From NCBI GenBank assembly GCA_014653625.1, contig JACWEI010000003.1, positions 30,243 to 94,242 of the forward strand: a stretch of DNA of 64,000 nucleotides, read 5' to 3'. Below are positions 42,201 to 52,948 of this stretch, piece after piece (position 1 is the stretch's first letter; every line of letters starts with the position of its first letter). This stretch comes from Pelagibacterales bacterium SAG-MED39 (lineage in GTDB: Bacteria > Pseudomonadota > Alphaproteobacteria > Pelagibacterales > Pelagibacteraceae). The notes beneath the pieces were generated by a model, which saw nothing but the letters and a program-made list of their open reading frames with translations, made no database searches and was not told the DNA's origin. A program made the translations under genes and the position numbers.

Positions 42201-44117
42201 TTAGTTTGAAGATGCTTTGTTCAAAGCAGAGAATTTTTTTAAAAATAAATTTAGTTCCATATTTTCTTGTTTATCAGAATTCAATCTTCTAATGGTTACT
42301 GAGTTACTGTCAACTTCTTTTTTACCACAAATTAATAAAAGAGGTATTTTAGCTAATGAATGATCTCTTATTTTATAATTTAAATTATGATTTTTTAAAT
42401 CAACTATTGAGCTAATGCCAGCTTCTTTAATTTTTTTAGATACTTTAATTGCATAATCCTCAAAATCCTCTGAAATTGGTATTACTACAGTCTGAAGTGG
42501 AGAAATCCAAAATGGAAATTTGCCAGCATAATTTTCTATTAAAATTCCAATGAATCTCTCTAATGATCCAAATAGTGCCCTATGTAGCATAACTGGAATT
42601 TTTTTAGAGCCATCTCTATCAATATATGAAGCGCCCAATCTACCAGGTAAATTAAAATCAACCTGCAAAGTTCCACATTGCCAATCTCTTCCAATAGCGT
42701 CTCTTAAAACAAATTCAATTTTTGGTCCGTAAAACGCTCCTTCACCTTTATTAATACTATATTCTAATTTACTTGCTTTAACTGCTTTTAATAAAGCTTC
42801 TTCAGCTTTATCCCATACACTATCATCCCCGACTCTTAAATCAGGTCTATCAGAATATTTAAGAATTACGTTTTCAAAACCCAAATCTTTATAAATTTCT
42901 AAAATAAGATTTGTTACTGTTAAGCATTCATTTGTTATTTGATGTTCAGTACAAAAAATATGAGCATCATCCTGTGTAAATGCCCTAACTCTTAATAAAC
43001 CATGTAGTGCCCCAGACGGCTCATAGCGATGTACTTTTCCAAATTCAGACATTTTTAAAGGTAAATCTTTATAACTTTTAAGACCTTGATTAAAAACTTC
43101 TATGCAGCCAGGACAATTCATAGGTTTAATCGCAAAAATTTTTTCATCTGGAGTTGTTGAGGTGTACATGTTTGCTCCAAATTTTTCCCAATGGCCAGAT
43201 TTTTCCCATAAAGTTCGGTCTAAAACTTCAGGGGTATTTATTTCTTTATACCCAGCAATATCTTGCTTCATTCTCATATAATCAATTAATTTTTGGAATA
43301 ATGCCCAACCTTTCTCATGCCAAAAAACTGAACCAGGACTTTCTTCTCTAAAATGGAATAAGTCCATCTCTTTGCCTAATTTTCTGTGATCTCTTTTTTC
43401 TGCCTCATCAATTCTCTTTAAGTAAGCATCTAAATCTTTTTGACTTGCCCAACTTGTTCCATATATTCTTTGGAGCATTTCATTATTTGAGTCTCCTCTC
43501 CAATAGGCACCAGAAACTTTTGTTAATTTAAAAAATTTTCCAATTTTTCCTGTTGAAGACAAGTGTGGGCCTCTGCACAAATCGTGCCAATTACCATGAA
43601 AATATATTGAAACTTCCTCACCTTTTGGAATACTTTCAATTAATTCAGCTTTATACACCTCTCCTTTTTTTTTAAAATGTTTAATCGCTTTATCTCGATC
43701 CCAAACTTCCCTCTTAGTTTTTTCATCACGATCAACGATTTCTTTCATTTTAACTTCAATTCTTTTTAAATCTTCCTCAGTAAAAGTTTCTTTTCTGGCA
43801 AAATCATAATAAAAACCATTCTCTATGACTGGACCGATTGTAACTTGCGTACCCGGAAATAATTCTTGAACAGCCATCGCTAGAATATGTGCTGTATCAT
43901 GTCTTATTATTTCAAGACCTTCATCATTTTTTGAAGTAAATATTTTTACAGAACAATCTTTATCTATTAAAAAATCTAAATCCTTAAGTTCTCCATTAAT
44001 GCTCATAACTATTGCTTGTTTAGCTAATGATTTACTTATTTTTTCAGCTATCTCTAGTCCTGTAATTTTTTTTGGGAAATCTAGATTATTTCCATCTGGT
44101 AAAGTAATTGTAGGCAT
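42201..44117 (-). CDS. thrS: Threonine--tRNA ligase
   Basis: DLCRGPH, RDHRKLG, KPMNCPG, RVRAFTQDDAH, GAFYGPK. Confidence 0.97.
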   Translation of the reverse strand: MPTITLPDGNNLDFPKKITGLEIAEKISKSLAKQAIVMSINGELKDLDFLIDKDCSVKIFTSKNDEGLEIIRHDTAHILAMAVQELFPGTQVTIGPVIENGFYYDFARKETFTEEDLKRIEVKMKEIVDRDEKTKREVWDRDKAIKHFKKKGEVYKAELIESIPKGEEVSIYFHGNWHDLCRGPHLSSTGKIGKFFKLTKVSGAYWRGDSNNEMLQRIYGTSWASQKDLDAYLKRIDEAEKRDHRKLGKEMDLFHFREESPGSVFWHEKGWALFQKLIDYMRMKQDIAGYKEINTPEVLDRTLWEKSGHWEKFGANMYTSTTPDEKIFAIKPMNCPGCIEVFNQGLKSYKDLPLKMSEFGKVHRYEPSGALHGLLRVRAFTQDDAHIFCTEHQITNECLTVTNLILEIYKDLGFENVILKYSDRPDLRVGDDSVWDKAEEALLKAVKASKLEYSINKGEGAFYGPKIEFVLRDAIGRDWQCGTLQVDFNLPGRLGASYIDRDGSKKIPVMLHRALFGSLERFIGILIENYAGKFPFWISPLQTVVIPISEDFEDYAIKVSKKIKEAGISSIVDLKNHNLNYKIRDHSLAKIPLLLICGKKEVDSNSVTIRRLNSDKQENMELNLFLKKFSALNKASSN

Positions 44118-45271
44118 TAATTTAGTAATCTTTTATACTCTGAATAAGTAGAAAAACACATTTTTTCAACATTAAATTTTTTTAACACATTTTTTCTACC
44201 CTCTTTTCCTATTAATTGAAGAGATAATTCATCCATTGTTATTGCACTTATAATCTTTTTACTTAAAGCATTTACATTTCCCGCATCAAATAAAAAACCA
44301 GTTTTTTCATTAATTATTGTCTCATTTGATCCGCCAATATTGCTAGCAATAATCAATTTTTCCATAGATTGAGCTTCAACTGCAATTCTGCCAAATGCTT
44401 CTGGCTCTATAGAGGGCGAAATGATAATATCTGAAACTTTGTAAGCTAAAGCCATATCTTTACAGTGATCTATAAATTTAATTTGGTTTGTTAATCGATA
44501 TTGTTCCGTCATACGAACTAATTTTTTTTTATATAACTTTCTACCTTGGTCGCTTCCTAATATTACAAGATGAAAAGCTTCATAACCTAGCTCAATTTTA
44601 ACTAAATTAATCGCTTCGATAAGTAACTCTTGTCCTTTCCAGGAGGTAAGTCTTCCTGGTACTAAAATAATTTTTTTTTCTTTATTAATCTCCCATTTTT
44701 GAAGAAGTTTTTTTTCTTCTGTTTCTAATTTTGTAGATGGGTCAAAATAATCTACATTAATCCCTCTAAAAATTACAAGAAATTTTTTTTTTATTTCTAA
44801 AAATTCAGAATAATTTTCTTTAATATGAGAAAAGATAAAATTAGACCCAGCAATTATTAAATTCGATCTAACCATTACAGAATTATAAAGTTTTTTAAAC
44901 TTGCTACTAAAATTATAAGTGCCATGAAAAGTAGTAACAAACTTTCTACCAGTTACTTTTGTTGCTAACAAACAAGACCAGGCCGGTGCACGACTTCTAG
45001 CATGAACAATTGAAATATTAAAAAATAAAATTATCCCTATCAAAATAATTGCATTAAAGAAAATTACTAGTGGATTTTTACTTTGTACAGGTAATCTAAT
45101 TAATTTAACTTTATCTTTATTTATAAACTTAGTTAATTCTCCTCCACTTGTTACTATAAAAGATTTACAATTATTTTCTGATAAATAGTGTGCTATATCA
45201 TAGCAGCCAGTTTCTGCTCCTCCATAACCTAATTTTGGTATCACTTGTAAAACTTTTATATTAGACGACAT
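44117..45271 (-). CDS. Glycosyltransferase family 4
   Basis: GGAE, HARSRAPAW, PGRLT.WKGQ, EAFGR..VEAQ (EX7E). Confidence 0.9.
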   Translation of the reverse strand: MSSNIKVLQVIPKLGYGGAETGCYDIAHYLSENNCKSFIVTSGGELTKFINKDKVKLIRLPVQSKNPLVIFFNAIILIGIILFFNISIVHARSRAPAWSCLLATKVTGRKFVTTFHGTYNFSSKFKKLYNSVMVRSNLIIAGSNFIFSHIKENYSEFLEIKKKFLVIFRGINVDYFDPSTKLETEEKKLLQKWEINKEKKIILVPGRLTSWKGQELLIEAINLVKIELGYEAFHLVILGSDQGRKLYKKKLVRMTEQYRLTNQIKFIDHCKDMALAYKVSDIIISPSIEPEAFGRIAVEAQSMEKLIIASNIGGSNETIINEKTGFLFDAGNVNALSKKIISAITMDELSLQLIGKEGRKNVLKKFNVEKMCFSTYSEYKRLLN

Positions 45272-45313
45272 TGAATAAGATTATATAATAATAGACAAAA
45301 CTAATAAACTTTA

Positions 45314-46060
45314 ATGACTAATTTCAATTATTTTAAATTAAGCCCTTCAAGAAAGCTAAGGTATTTAAAGCACCTACAAAAAGATAGCCCCTATATAGTT
45401 TTTTTACATGGGTTTATGTCAGATTTAGATGGGAAAAAACCTAAAGAATTTTTAAGTTTTGCAAAAAAAAACAAATTGGGTTTTCTTGCCTTGGAATATT
45501 CTGGTCATGGAAAATCATCTGGAAAATTCATAAATGGGAATATCTCCAAATGGTCTAGCGAAACAAAACTTTTAATAAAAAAAATTGTAAAAAATAATAA
45601 CATTATTCTTATTGGTTCAAGTATGGGCGCATGGATTTCTTTGAACCAATTTAAATACTTTAAAAAACAGATTATAGGTTTTTTAGGTATTGGTTCAGCT
45701 CCTGAATTTTTAGAAAATTTAATGTGGAAAAAGTTTTCAAAAAAAATTAAAGCACAAACAATAAAAAATGGTATTTATAATTTAAAACATGGAGACTATA
45801 TTTATCCTATAACTTTCCAACTAATAAAAGATGGTAGAAAAAATAAAGTTTTAAATAAAATAATAAGATCGAGAGTTAAAATAACTATGGTTCATGGTCA
45901 AAAAGATGAGGTTGTTCCAATTTCATACTCCAGAAAAATTTTAAAAATTTTTAGATATGCAAGAAAAAAATTGGTAATTGTGAAAAATGGTGATCATAGT
46001 TTATCCACACCGAAATGGTTAAAATTGTTAAAGAAAGAGCTTCAGATAATTATCAACTAA
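45314..46060 (+). CDS. Alpha/beta hydrolase
   Basis: FLHGFMSD..G.K, YSGHG.S, GSSMG nucleophile elbow, HG..D, GDH. Confidence 0.9.
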   Translation: MTNFNYFKLSPSRKLRYLKHLQKDSPYIVFLHGFMSDLDGKKPKEFLSFAKKNKLGFLALEYSGHGKSSGKFINGNISKWSSETKLLIKKIVKNNNIILIGSSMGAWISLNQFKYFKKQIIGFLGIGSAPEFLENLMWKKFSKKIKAQTIKNGIYNLKHGDYIYPITFQLIKDGRKNKVLNKIIRSRVKITMVHGQKDEVVPISYSRKILKIFRYARKKLVIVKNGDHSLSTPKWLKLLKKELQIIIN

Positions 46061-49000
46061 CTGCTCTAATTTTTGACTTAAGTGTGATTGGGTTTTCAAG
46101 TTTATCAATCATTTCTTTTGGACAAACTTGAATAAAATTTTTTAATTCTTCCTCAAAATTATTAATTATTTTTTTCGACAATAAAGAACCTGTTTCCTCT
46201 GAATGTTCTAAGATTAATTTTCTTAAAAATTTAACCCAATATTCAGTTTCAACATTCTGCCAAATAACAGAGTCTTCATTTACTTTTTTTTCAAATTCTT
46301 TAGATTTATTATAAATAAATGCCATGCCCCCTGTCATTCCAGCAGCAAAATTATCTCCAACATCTCCTAGAATAACAACAGTTCCTCCGGTCATATATTC
46401 GCAACCATTTGAGTCACATCCTTCAATAACTGTTGTTGCACCAGAATTTCTTACTGCAAATCTATCTCCCGCTTGTCCAGCTGCAAAAAGTCTGCCTGAT
46501 GTTGCCCCATAAAGGACTGTATTTCCGATAATTGTATTTTCATTAGAAACTAAATTACTTTCATCAGAAAGTTTTATTGAAATCGTAGCTCCTGATAATC
46601 CTTTGCCAACATAATCATTTGCATCACCCTTTAGATTTAATTTTAATCCTTTAGCAGAAAAAGCTCCAAAAGATTGTCCAGCAGAACCTTTAAAGTTTAA
46701 AGTAAGAAAATTTTCATCTAATTTTTCATAGCCGTATTTTTTGTACAAATGATGTGAAATTCTGGTACCGACTGCTCTGTTGGTATTTTTAATAACAAAT
46801 TCTTTTTCAATTTTCTCTGAGTTATCTAAAGATTTTTCGATTTCAGGCCAAATTTTTTGATCTAATGTGTCAGGAACTTTATTAATTTCTGTGATTTCAC
46901 AATATCTTTTATTATTTCCAGGGTCAGCTTGAACAAATAATGGATTAAGATCTAAATCATCTAAATTAGGAGATGCTTTATTTACTTGCATTAATAAATC
47001 TGTTCTTCCTATTATATCATTTAATGATTTGAAACCTAATTTAGCTAAAATTTCTCTTACCTCTGAAGCAATAAAAGTAAATAAATTAACTACTTTGTCT
47101 GGTGACCCACTGAATTTTTCCCTTAATTTTTCATCTTGCGTACAAACGCCAACTGGACAAGTATTTGAATGACATTGTCTTACCATAATACAGCCCATTG
47201 CGACCAAAGCAGTTGTAGCTACACCATATTCTTCTGCTCCCATCATTGCTGCAATCACAACATCTCTACCAGTTTTAATGCCTCCGTCAGTTCTTAAAGT
47301 AACTTTATGTCTTAAGTTGTTTAATGTAAGAACTTGATTAGCTTCAGTAAGACCCATTTCCCAAGGTATTCCAACGTATTTTACACTTGTTTGTGGGGTT
47401 GCACCTGTTCCTCCGTTATGACCTGAAATTAAAATAATGTCTGCTTTTGCTTTAGCTACTCCAGCTGCAATAGTGCCAACACCTGACGAAGCAACTAACT
47501 TAACGCCAACCCTGGCTTTTGGATTTATTTGTTTAAGATCATAAATTAATTGAGCCAAGTCTTCTATTGAATAAATATCATGATGTGGGGGTGGAGAAAT
47601 TAAAGTTACTCCAGGAGTTGAGTGTCTTAGTTTTGCTATTTCATCTGTAACTTTAAAACCTGGTAACTGGCCACCTTCACCTGGCTTTGCGCCTTGAGCA
47701 ATTTTAATTTCTATCTCATTACAATTATTCAAATAGTTTACTGTTACACCAAATCTTGCTGATGCTATTTGTTTTACTCTTGAATTAGCACTGTCTCCAC
47801 TTTCCATTATCTTAAATCTATTTTCATCCTCTCCACCTTCTCCACTGCACGAGGCTCCTTTGATTCTATTCATACCTATAGCTAAGGTTTCATGAGCTTC
47901 TTTTGATAAAGCCCCATGGGACATACTTCCACTGCCGAACCTTTTTAGAATTTTTTCTATAGGCTCAACCTCAGATAATTCTATTGAAGAGCCTAGTTTT
48001 TTTTTTCTAAAATTAATCAAATCTCTTAGATTAATAGGTGGTAAATTATATATTCCTTCAGCATACTTCTTATAGGCTGCGTAAGAATTTGAACCTACTG
48101 CACTTTGTAATAAATGAATTAATCTACCTTGATATTGATGCGTTTCACCATTCTTCCTATACCTATAAATACCACCTATTGGCAAAACATTATCTGAACT
48201 TTCAAAGGCTTCTTTATGAATCTGGCGTATTTTTTTCTCAATACCAGTCAATCCAATCCCTGAAATTTTAGATATTACACCTGGAAAATAATCATTAACG
48301 ATAGTTCTACTTAATCCAACAGTTTCAAAATTACATCCTCCTCTATAGGAGCTTAAAACTGATATGCCCATTTTAGACATTATTTTTAAAAGTCCAGAGT
48401 TTACTGATTTAATATATCTCTGAATACAATCATCAAAACTATACTGACCAAATAATTTTTTTTCATATCTTTGATATAAACTATCAAATGCTAAGTATGG
48501 ATTAATGGTTGTTGCTCCAACACCAATTAGTGTAGCAAAAGAATGGGTGTCTAAAGCTTCACCTGATTGAACATTAATAGAAACATATCCTCTTAATTTT
48601 TTTTCAGTTAAAAAAGTGTTAATAGCTCCAACACATAAAATAATAGGCATAGGTAACTTTTTGGATGAAATTTCTTTATCACTTAGAATTAGTTGTGTTA
48701 CACCTTGTCTTACTGCAATCTCTGACTCTTTTTGTATTCTTTTAATCGCACTTTTTAAGTTTTCCTCATTTGAGAAAGTACAATCTATAGCTAATGAATT
48801 TTTTCCAAAAAAATTTATGAATTTATTAAATTGCGAATTAGACAATATTGGGCTGTTTAAAACATAAATATTTTCTTTTGTTAAAGTATCGAAGTCCAAA
48901 ATGTTACCTAAATTTCCAAATCTCGTTTTTAGACTCATGACTTTATTTTCTCGCAATGAATCGATTGGAGGGTTTGTTACTTGACTAAAGTTTTGTCTAA

Positions 49001-50561
49001 AAAAATGATAAAGCGGTCTATATTTATCTGATAATACTGCTAATGGAGTGTCATCCCCCATGGAGCCTGTTGCTTCTTTTGCTTCCTCGGCCATAGGATG
49101 TAAGATTAATTCAAGATCTTCTAGGCTAATACCGAATGTATGCTGTCTTCTTCTTAGATCTTCTCCACTAAAATTGGATTTCTCCTTCGAAATAAGCAAT
49201 TTTTCATCTAAATCTATTATTTGTGAATTAAAATGTTTAAATTCTTTTGCTAAATAATCTTTAATTTGATCATTTGAAAAAACTTTTCCTTTCTCAATTC
49301 TAACACCTATAATTTCTCCTGGACCTAATCTTCCTTTAGATAAAATTTTTTTTTCATTAAGTTCAATCATCCCTGTTTCAGAACCTGCAAAAAGAAGTTT
49401 GTCTTTAGTTATCGCGTATCTTAAAGGTCTTAAACCATTTCTATCGTTTGCAGCAATAACCCACTCATTATCTGTTGCAGCTATTGCAGCAGGACCATCC
49501 CATGGTTCCATAGTGCTATTTAAGAAATTAAATAATTGCTGATGGCTTTTTGGAATAGTTTTGTTTTTTTTTGACCATGCATCAGGAACTAACATTAGTT
49601 TAGCTAATGGTGCAGGTTGACCTGACTTATTCAATAATTCAAAAACGTTGTCTAGTGCAGCTGAGTCTGAAACCCCCTTTTGAATTACTGGTTTTAAATT
49701 ATTTACATCTTCAAAAAGTGGACTGCTCATTTCTTGTTCATGAACTTTCATCCAGTTTTTATTCCCTTTATATGTATTAATTTCGCCGTTATGAGCGATA
49801 GCTCTAAAAGGTTGAGCTAAACTCCAACTAGGTGCCGTATTAGTCGAAAATCTTTGATGAAAAATAGCATATCTAGATATGAATCTTTTATCTTTTAAAT
49901 CTAAAAAAAAGTCAGATATTGCCTCTGCTAAAAACATTCCTTTGTAAATTATTGACTTAGAACTAATTGAACAAATATAAAAATTATTTAAAGAAAGATT
50001 AAAAGCTTGATTTTCTATTTTTTTTCTAGTTTCATAAATTTTTCTCTCTAATTCTTTGTCTAATAAATCAGTATCATTAGATTTAAATAAAACTTGAATT
50101 ATTTCTGGCATCGTAAGAAATGCTTTTTCACCTAAAACTTTTGGATTTACTGGAACTTGCCGCCACCCATAAATACTAAAATCATTTTTAGTAAGCTCAC
50201 TCTCAATTATAGTTTTACAAATTTCTTGGGAAGAATAGTCATTTCTTGGTAAAAAAATCATGCCTACACAAATCTCGGAGTTGTCGTAGTCATGTCCTGT
50301 AACTTCAATTTTTTCAATGAAAAAATCTCTCGGTATTTCTAGATGTATTCCAGCCCCGTCTCCAGTTTTTCCATCAGCATCTACCGCTCCTCTGTGCCAA
50401 ACTGCTTTCAAAGCTTCAATTCCATAATCAACTACTGCTCTAGTTTTTTTTCCCTCTGTAGATGCGATTAAACCAACTCCACAGGCATCGTGTTCCATTT
50501 CCTTTGAATAAACATGATTATCAGTTAGTAATTCAAGATTCTTTTTATAATAATCCATCAT
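46053..50561 (-). CDS. gltB: Glutamate synthase large subunit
   Basis: HDACGVG, HQRFSTNT, EPWDGPA, QGAKPGEGGQLPG, C-X5-C-X4-C 3Fe-4S motif, GXGXG C-terminal domain. Confidence 0.97.
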   Translation of the reverse strand: MMDYYKKNLELLTDNHVYSKEMEHDACGVGLIASTEGKKTRAVVDYGIEALKAVWHRGAVDADGKTGDGAGIHLEIPRDFFIEKIEVTGHDYDNSEICVGMIFLPRNDYSSQEICKTIIESELTKNDFSIYGWRQVPVNPKVLGEKAFLTMPEIIQVLFKSNDTDLLDKELERKIYETRKKIENQAFNLSLNNFYICSISSKSIIYKGMFLAEAISDFFLDLKDKRFISRYAIFHQRFSTNTAPSWSLAQPFRAIAHNGEINTYKGNKNWMKVHEQEMSSPLFEDVNNLKPVIQKGVSDSAALDNVFELLNKSGQPAPLAKLMLVPDAWSKKNKTIPKSHQQLFNFLNSTMEPWDGPAAIAATDNEWVIAANDRNGLRPLRYAITKDKLLFAGSETGMIELNEKKILSKGRLGPGEIIGVRIEKGKVFSNDQIKDYLAKEFKHFNSQIIDLDEKLLISKEKSNFSGEDLRRRQHTFGISLEDLELILHPMAEEAKEATGSMGDDTPLAVLSDKYRPLYHFFRQNFSQVTNPPIDSLRENKVMSLKTRFGNLGNILDFDTLTKENIYVLNSPILSNSQFNKFINFFGKNSLAIDCTFSNEENLKSAIKRIQKESEIAVRQGVTQLILSDKEISSKKLPMPIILCVGAINTFLTEKKLRGYVSINVQSGEALDTHSFATLIGVGATTINPYLAFDSLYQRYEKKLFGQYSFDDCIQRYIKSVNSGLLKIMSKMGISVLSSYRGGCNFETVGLSRTIVNDYFPGVISKISGIGLTGIEKKIRQIHKEAFESSDNVLPIGGIYRYRKNGETHQYQGRLIHLLQSAVGSNSYAAYKKYAEGIYNLPPINLRDLINFRKKKLGSSIELSEVEPIEKILKRFGSGSMSHGALSKEAHETLAIGMNRIKGASCSGEGGEDENRFKIMESGDSANSRVKQIASARFGVTVNYLNNCNEIEIKIAQGAKPGEGGQLPGFKVTDEIAKLRHSTPGVTLISPPPHHDIYSIEDLAQLIYDLKQINPKARVGVKLVASSGVGTIAAGVAKAKADIILISGHNGGTGATPQTSVKYVGIPWEMGLTEANQVLTLNNLRHKVTLRTDGGIKTGRDVVIAAMMGAEEYGVATTALVAMGCIMVRQCHSNTCPVGVCTQDEKLREKFSGSPDKVVNLFTFIASEVREILAKLGFKSLNDIIGRTDLLMQVNKASPNLDDLDLNPLFVQADPGNNKRYCEITEINKVPDTLDQKIWPEIEKSLDNSEKIEKEFVIKNTNRAVGTRISHHLYKKYGYEKLDENFLTLNFKGSAGQSFGAFSAKGLKLNLKGDANDYVGKGLSGATISIKLSDESNLVSNENTIIGNTVLYGATSGRLFAAGQAGDRFAVRNSGATTVIEGCDSNGCEYMTGGTVVILGDVGDNFAAGMTGGMAFIYNKSKEFEKKVNEDSVIWQNVETEYWVKFLRKLILEHSEETGSLLSKKIINNFEEELKNFIQVCPKEMIDKLENPITLKSKIRAVS

Positions 50562-51997
50562 GCTACTTTTGATTTTTTAAGTTCAATGTTTTCTAGATAA
50601 GTTTTCATAGCCTTTGCAGCATCTCTTCCATCTTTGATAGCCCACACAACTAGTGATGCTCCTCTAACAATATCTCCTGCAGCAAAAACTCCTTTTAAAT
50701 TTGTTTCCATTGTATCAAAATCTGTTTTAATTGTTCCCCATTTTGTAACCTTTAAATTTTTTGTATCAAACAAATATGGAAGATCCTCTGGATCAAAACC
50801 AAGAGCTTTGATAATCATATCAGCTTTAATTTTAAATTCTGCACCTTCTTTTATCTCTGGTCTTCTTCTACCTGAGTCATCAGGTTCACCTAGTTGCATT
50901 TGATCAACAATTAAATTTTCAATCTTATTAGTACCTTTAAATTCTTTAGGGCTTGATAACCACACAAATTCTACCCCTTCTTCTTCCGCATTAGAAACTT
51001 CTCTGGCAGATCCTGGCATATTTTCTTTATCTCTTCTATAAAGACATTTAACTGATTTAGCTTTTTGTCTTATTGATGTCCTAACACAATCCATAGCGGT
51101 ATCACCACCACCAATAACTACAATATCTTTACCTTCTGCATTTAATATTCCTTTATCAAATAATTCAACTTTGTCCCCTAAGCCCTTTTTATTTGAAGCA
51201 GTTAAAAATTCCATGGCAGGAAAAATATTTTCTAAATCACTTCCAGGTAAGTTAATTTCTCTGGGCTTATAAACCCCTGTTGCTATCAAAATTGCATCGT
51301 GTTTTTTTCTCAACTGTTCCAAGGTAGCATCTTTGCCTACTTCAAAGTTCTGAATAAATTCAATACCACCCTCTTTTAGAAGTTTAGTTCTTCTTTCAAC
51401 TATATTCTTCTCTAGTTTAAAATTAGGAATACCATATATTAATAATCCACCTGCTCGATCATATCGATCATAGATAGTAATTTTATATCCATTTTTTCTA
51501 AGTTGTTCGGCTGCTGCCAGCCCTGCAGGTCCAGCACCAATTATACCAACGCTTTGGCTCTTTTCATGTTTTACTTCAATTGGTTTTACCCAACCTTGTT
51601 CCCAAGCATTATCTGTTATATATTTTTCAACAGAACCGATAGTTACAGTTCCATGACCTGATTGTTCTATAACACAATTACCTTCACACAATCTATCTTG
51701 GGGACATATTCTTCCACATACCTCTGGCATATTATTAGTACTTTGAGATAATTCATAAGCCTCTTTTAATCTACCTTCAGCAGTTAATTTTAACCAATCT
51801 GGTATATTGTTACTTAAAGGACAATGAACTTGACAGAATGGTACTCCACATTGAGAGCATCTACTGGATTGTTCTAAGGCTTTTTTATTAATAAAATCGT
51901 CATAGATTTCTTTGAAATCATCTTTTCTAGTTCCAACATCTCTTTTAGGTGGAGTTTGTTGACCTATTTTCACAAATTTTAACATTTTATCGATCAT
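50558..51997 (-). CDS. gltD: Glutamate synthase small subunit
   Basis: RCSQCGVPFCQVHCP, GRICPQDRLCEGNC, GAGPAG, GGGDTAMDC. Confidence 0.96.
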   Translation of the reverse strand: MIDKMLKFVKIGQQTPPKRDVGTRKDDFKEIYDDFINKKALEQSSRCSQCGVPFCQVHCPLSNNIPDWLKLTAEGRLKEAYELSQSTNNMPEVCGRICPQDRLCEGNCVIEQSGHGTVTIGSVEKYITDNAWEQGWVKPIEVKHEKSQSVGIIGAGPAGLAAAEQLRKNGYKITIYDRYDRAGGLLIYGIPNFKLEKNIVERRTKLLKEGGIEFIQNFEVGKDATLEQLRKKHDAILIATGVYKPREINLPGSDLENIFPAMEFLTASNKKGLGDKVELFDKGILNAEGKDIVVIGGGDTAMDCVRTSIRQKAKSVKCLYRRDKENMPGSAREVSNAEEEGVEFVWLSSPKEFKGTNKIENLIVDQMQLGEPDDSGRRRPEIKEGAEFKIKADMIIKALGFDPEDLPYLFDTKNLKVTKWGTIKTDFDTMETNLKGVFAAGDIVRGASLVVWAIKDGRDAAKAMKTYLENIELKKSKVA

Positions 51998-52032
51998 TTT
52001 TTTTTAAAATTTAAAGCAAAATATACATTGTT

Positions 52033-52088
52033 TTTATTAGTAAAAGAATTATTTAGGTCAATATTTATGACCTATTTTTACTAATAAA
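52033..52088. repeat. Nested inverted repeat between gltD and uppP
   Basis: Inner TAGGTCA-N7-TGACCTA (52054-52074); outer TTTATTAGTAAAA (52033-52045) and TTTTACTAATAAA (52076-52088). Confidence 0.8.
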
Positions 52089-52180
52089 CAACGATAAATG
52101 AGGTGATTTTAATTATTGCATACCTATTATGTTTAAATCGAATTGTTTAAAATCAATATTTTTTAAGCTACGACACTTAT

Positions 52181-52948
52181 ATGTTTCAGGAACTTATAGA
52201 AATTTTAATTCTTTCAGCTATTCAAGGGATATCAGAATTTTTACCAATAAGCTCATCTGCTCATCTGATTTTAGTTTCTAATCTCTATAATTTGAAAACA
52301 AGCTCTTTACTAATAGATATTAGCTTACACCTAGGGTCTTTATTAGCTATTATATTTTATTTTAGAAAAGATTTATTTAACCTAAAACATAATAAAAAAC
52401 TTTTAAATCTAATTATTATTGGTTCATTACCACTCATTATTTTTGGATATGTGCTTTATTCTAGTGAAAATATTTTTGTACTAAGAAACATAAAAGTGAT
52501 CGCCTGGACAACTCTATTTTTTGGTATAATTCTGTTTTTTGCAGATCAAAAAAAAACTAATCAAAATATATCAAAAAACCTTAACCTAAAATCTATCTTA
52601 TTCATTGGCTTATTTCAAATTCTTGCACTAATTCCTGGTGTTAGCAGGGCAGGTATCACCATAACAGCTTCTAGATTTTTAAAATTTAATAGGGTTGACT
52701 CCAGTAAAATTTCATTTTTGTTATCTATTCCAGCCTTAGCTGGTGCGAGTTTTCTTGGAATTAAAGATGTCTTCAATCAGTCAATTGAGATAAATTATTT
52801 AATTATTATTGCAGTATTTCTATCCTTTTTGTTTTCTTATATTACAGTTAAATTTTTTTTAATTTATATTAACAAATTTTCCTTAAATATTTTCGTAATT
52901 TATAGAATTATAGTTTCTCTAATAATCTTTATGATAATTTATCTTTAA
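52181..52948 (+). CDS. uppP: Undecaprenyl-diphosphate phosphatase
   Basis: QGISEFLPISSSAHL, HLGS, LIPGVSRAGIT, SFLLSIP. Confidence 0.95.
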   Translation: MFQELIEILILSAIQGISEFLPISSSAHLILVSNLYNLKTSSLLIDISLHLGSLLAIIFYFRKDLFNLKHNKKLLNLIIIGSLPLIIFGYVLYSSENIFVLRNIKVIAWTTLFFGIILFFADQKKTNQNISKNLNLKSILFIGLFQILALIPGVSRAGITITASRFLKFNRVDSSKISFLLSIPALAGASFLGIKDVFNQSIEINYLIIIAVFLSFLFSYITVKFFLIYINKFSLNIFVIYRIIVSLIIFMIIYL

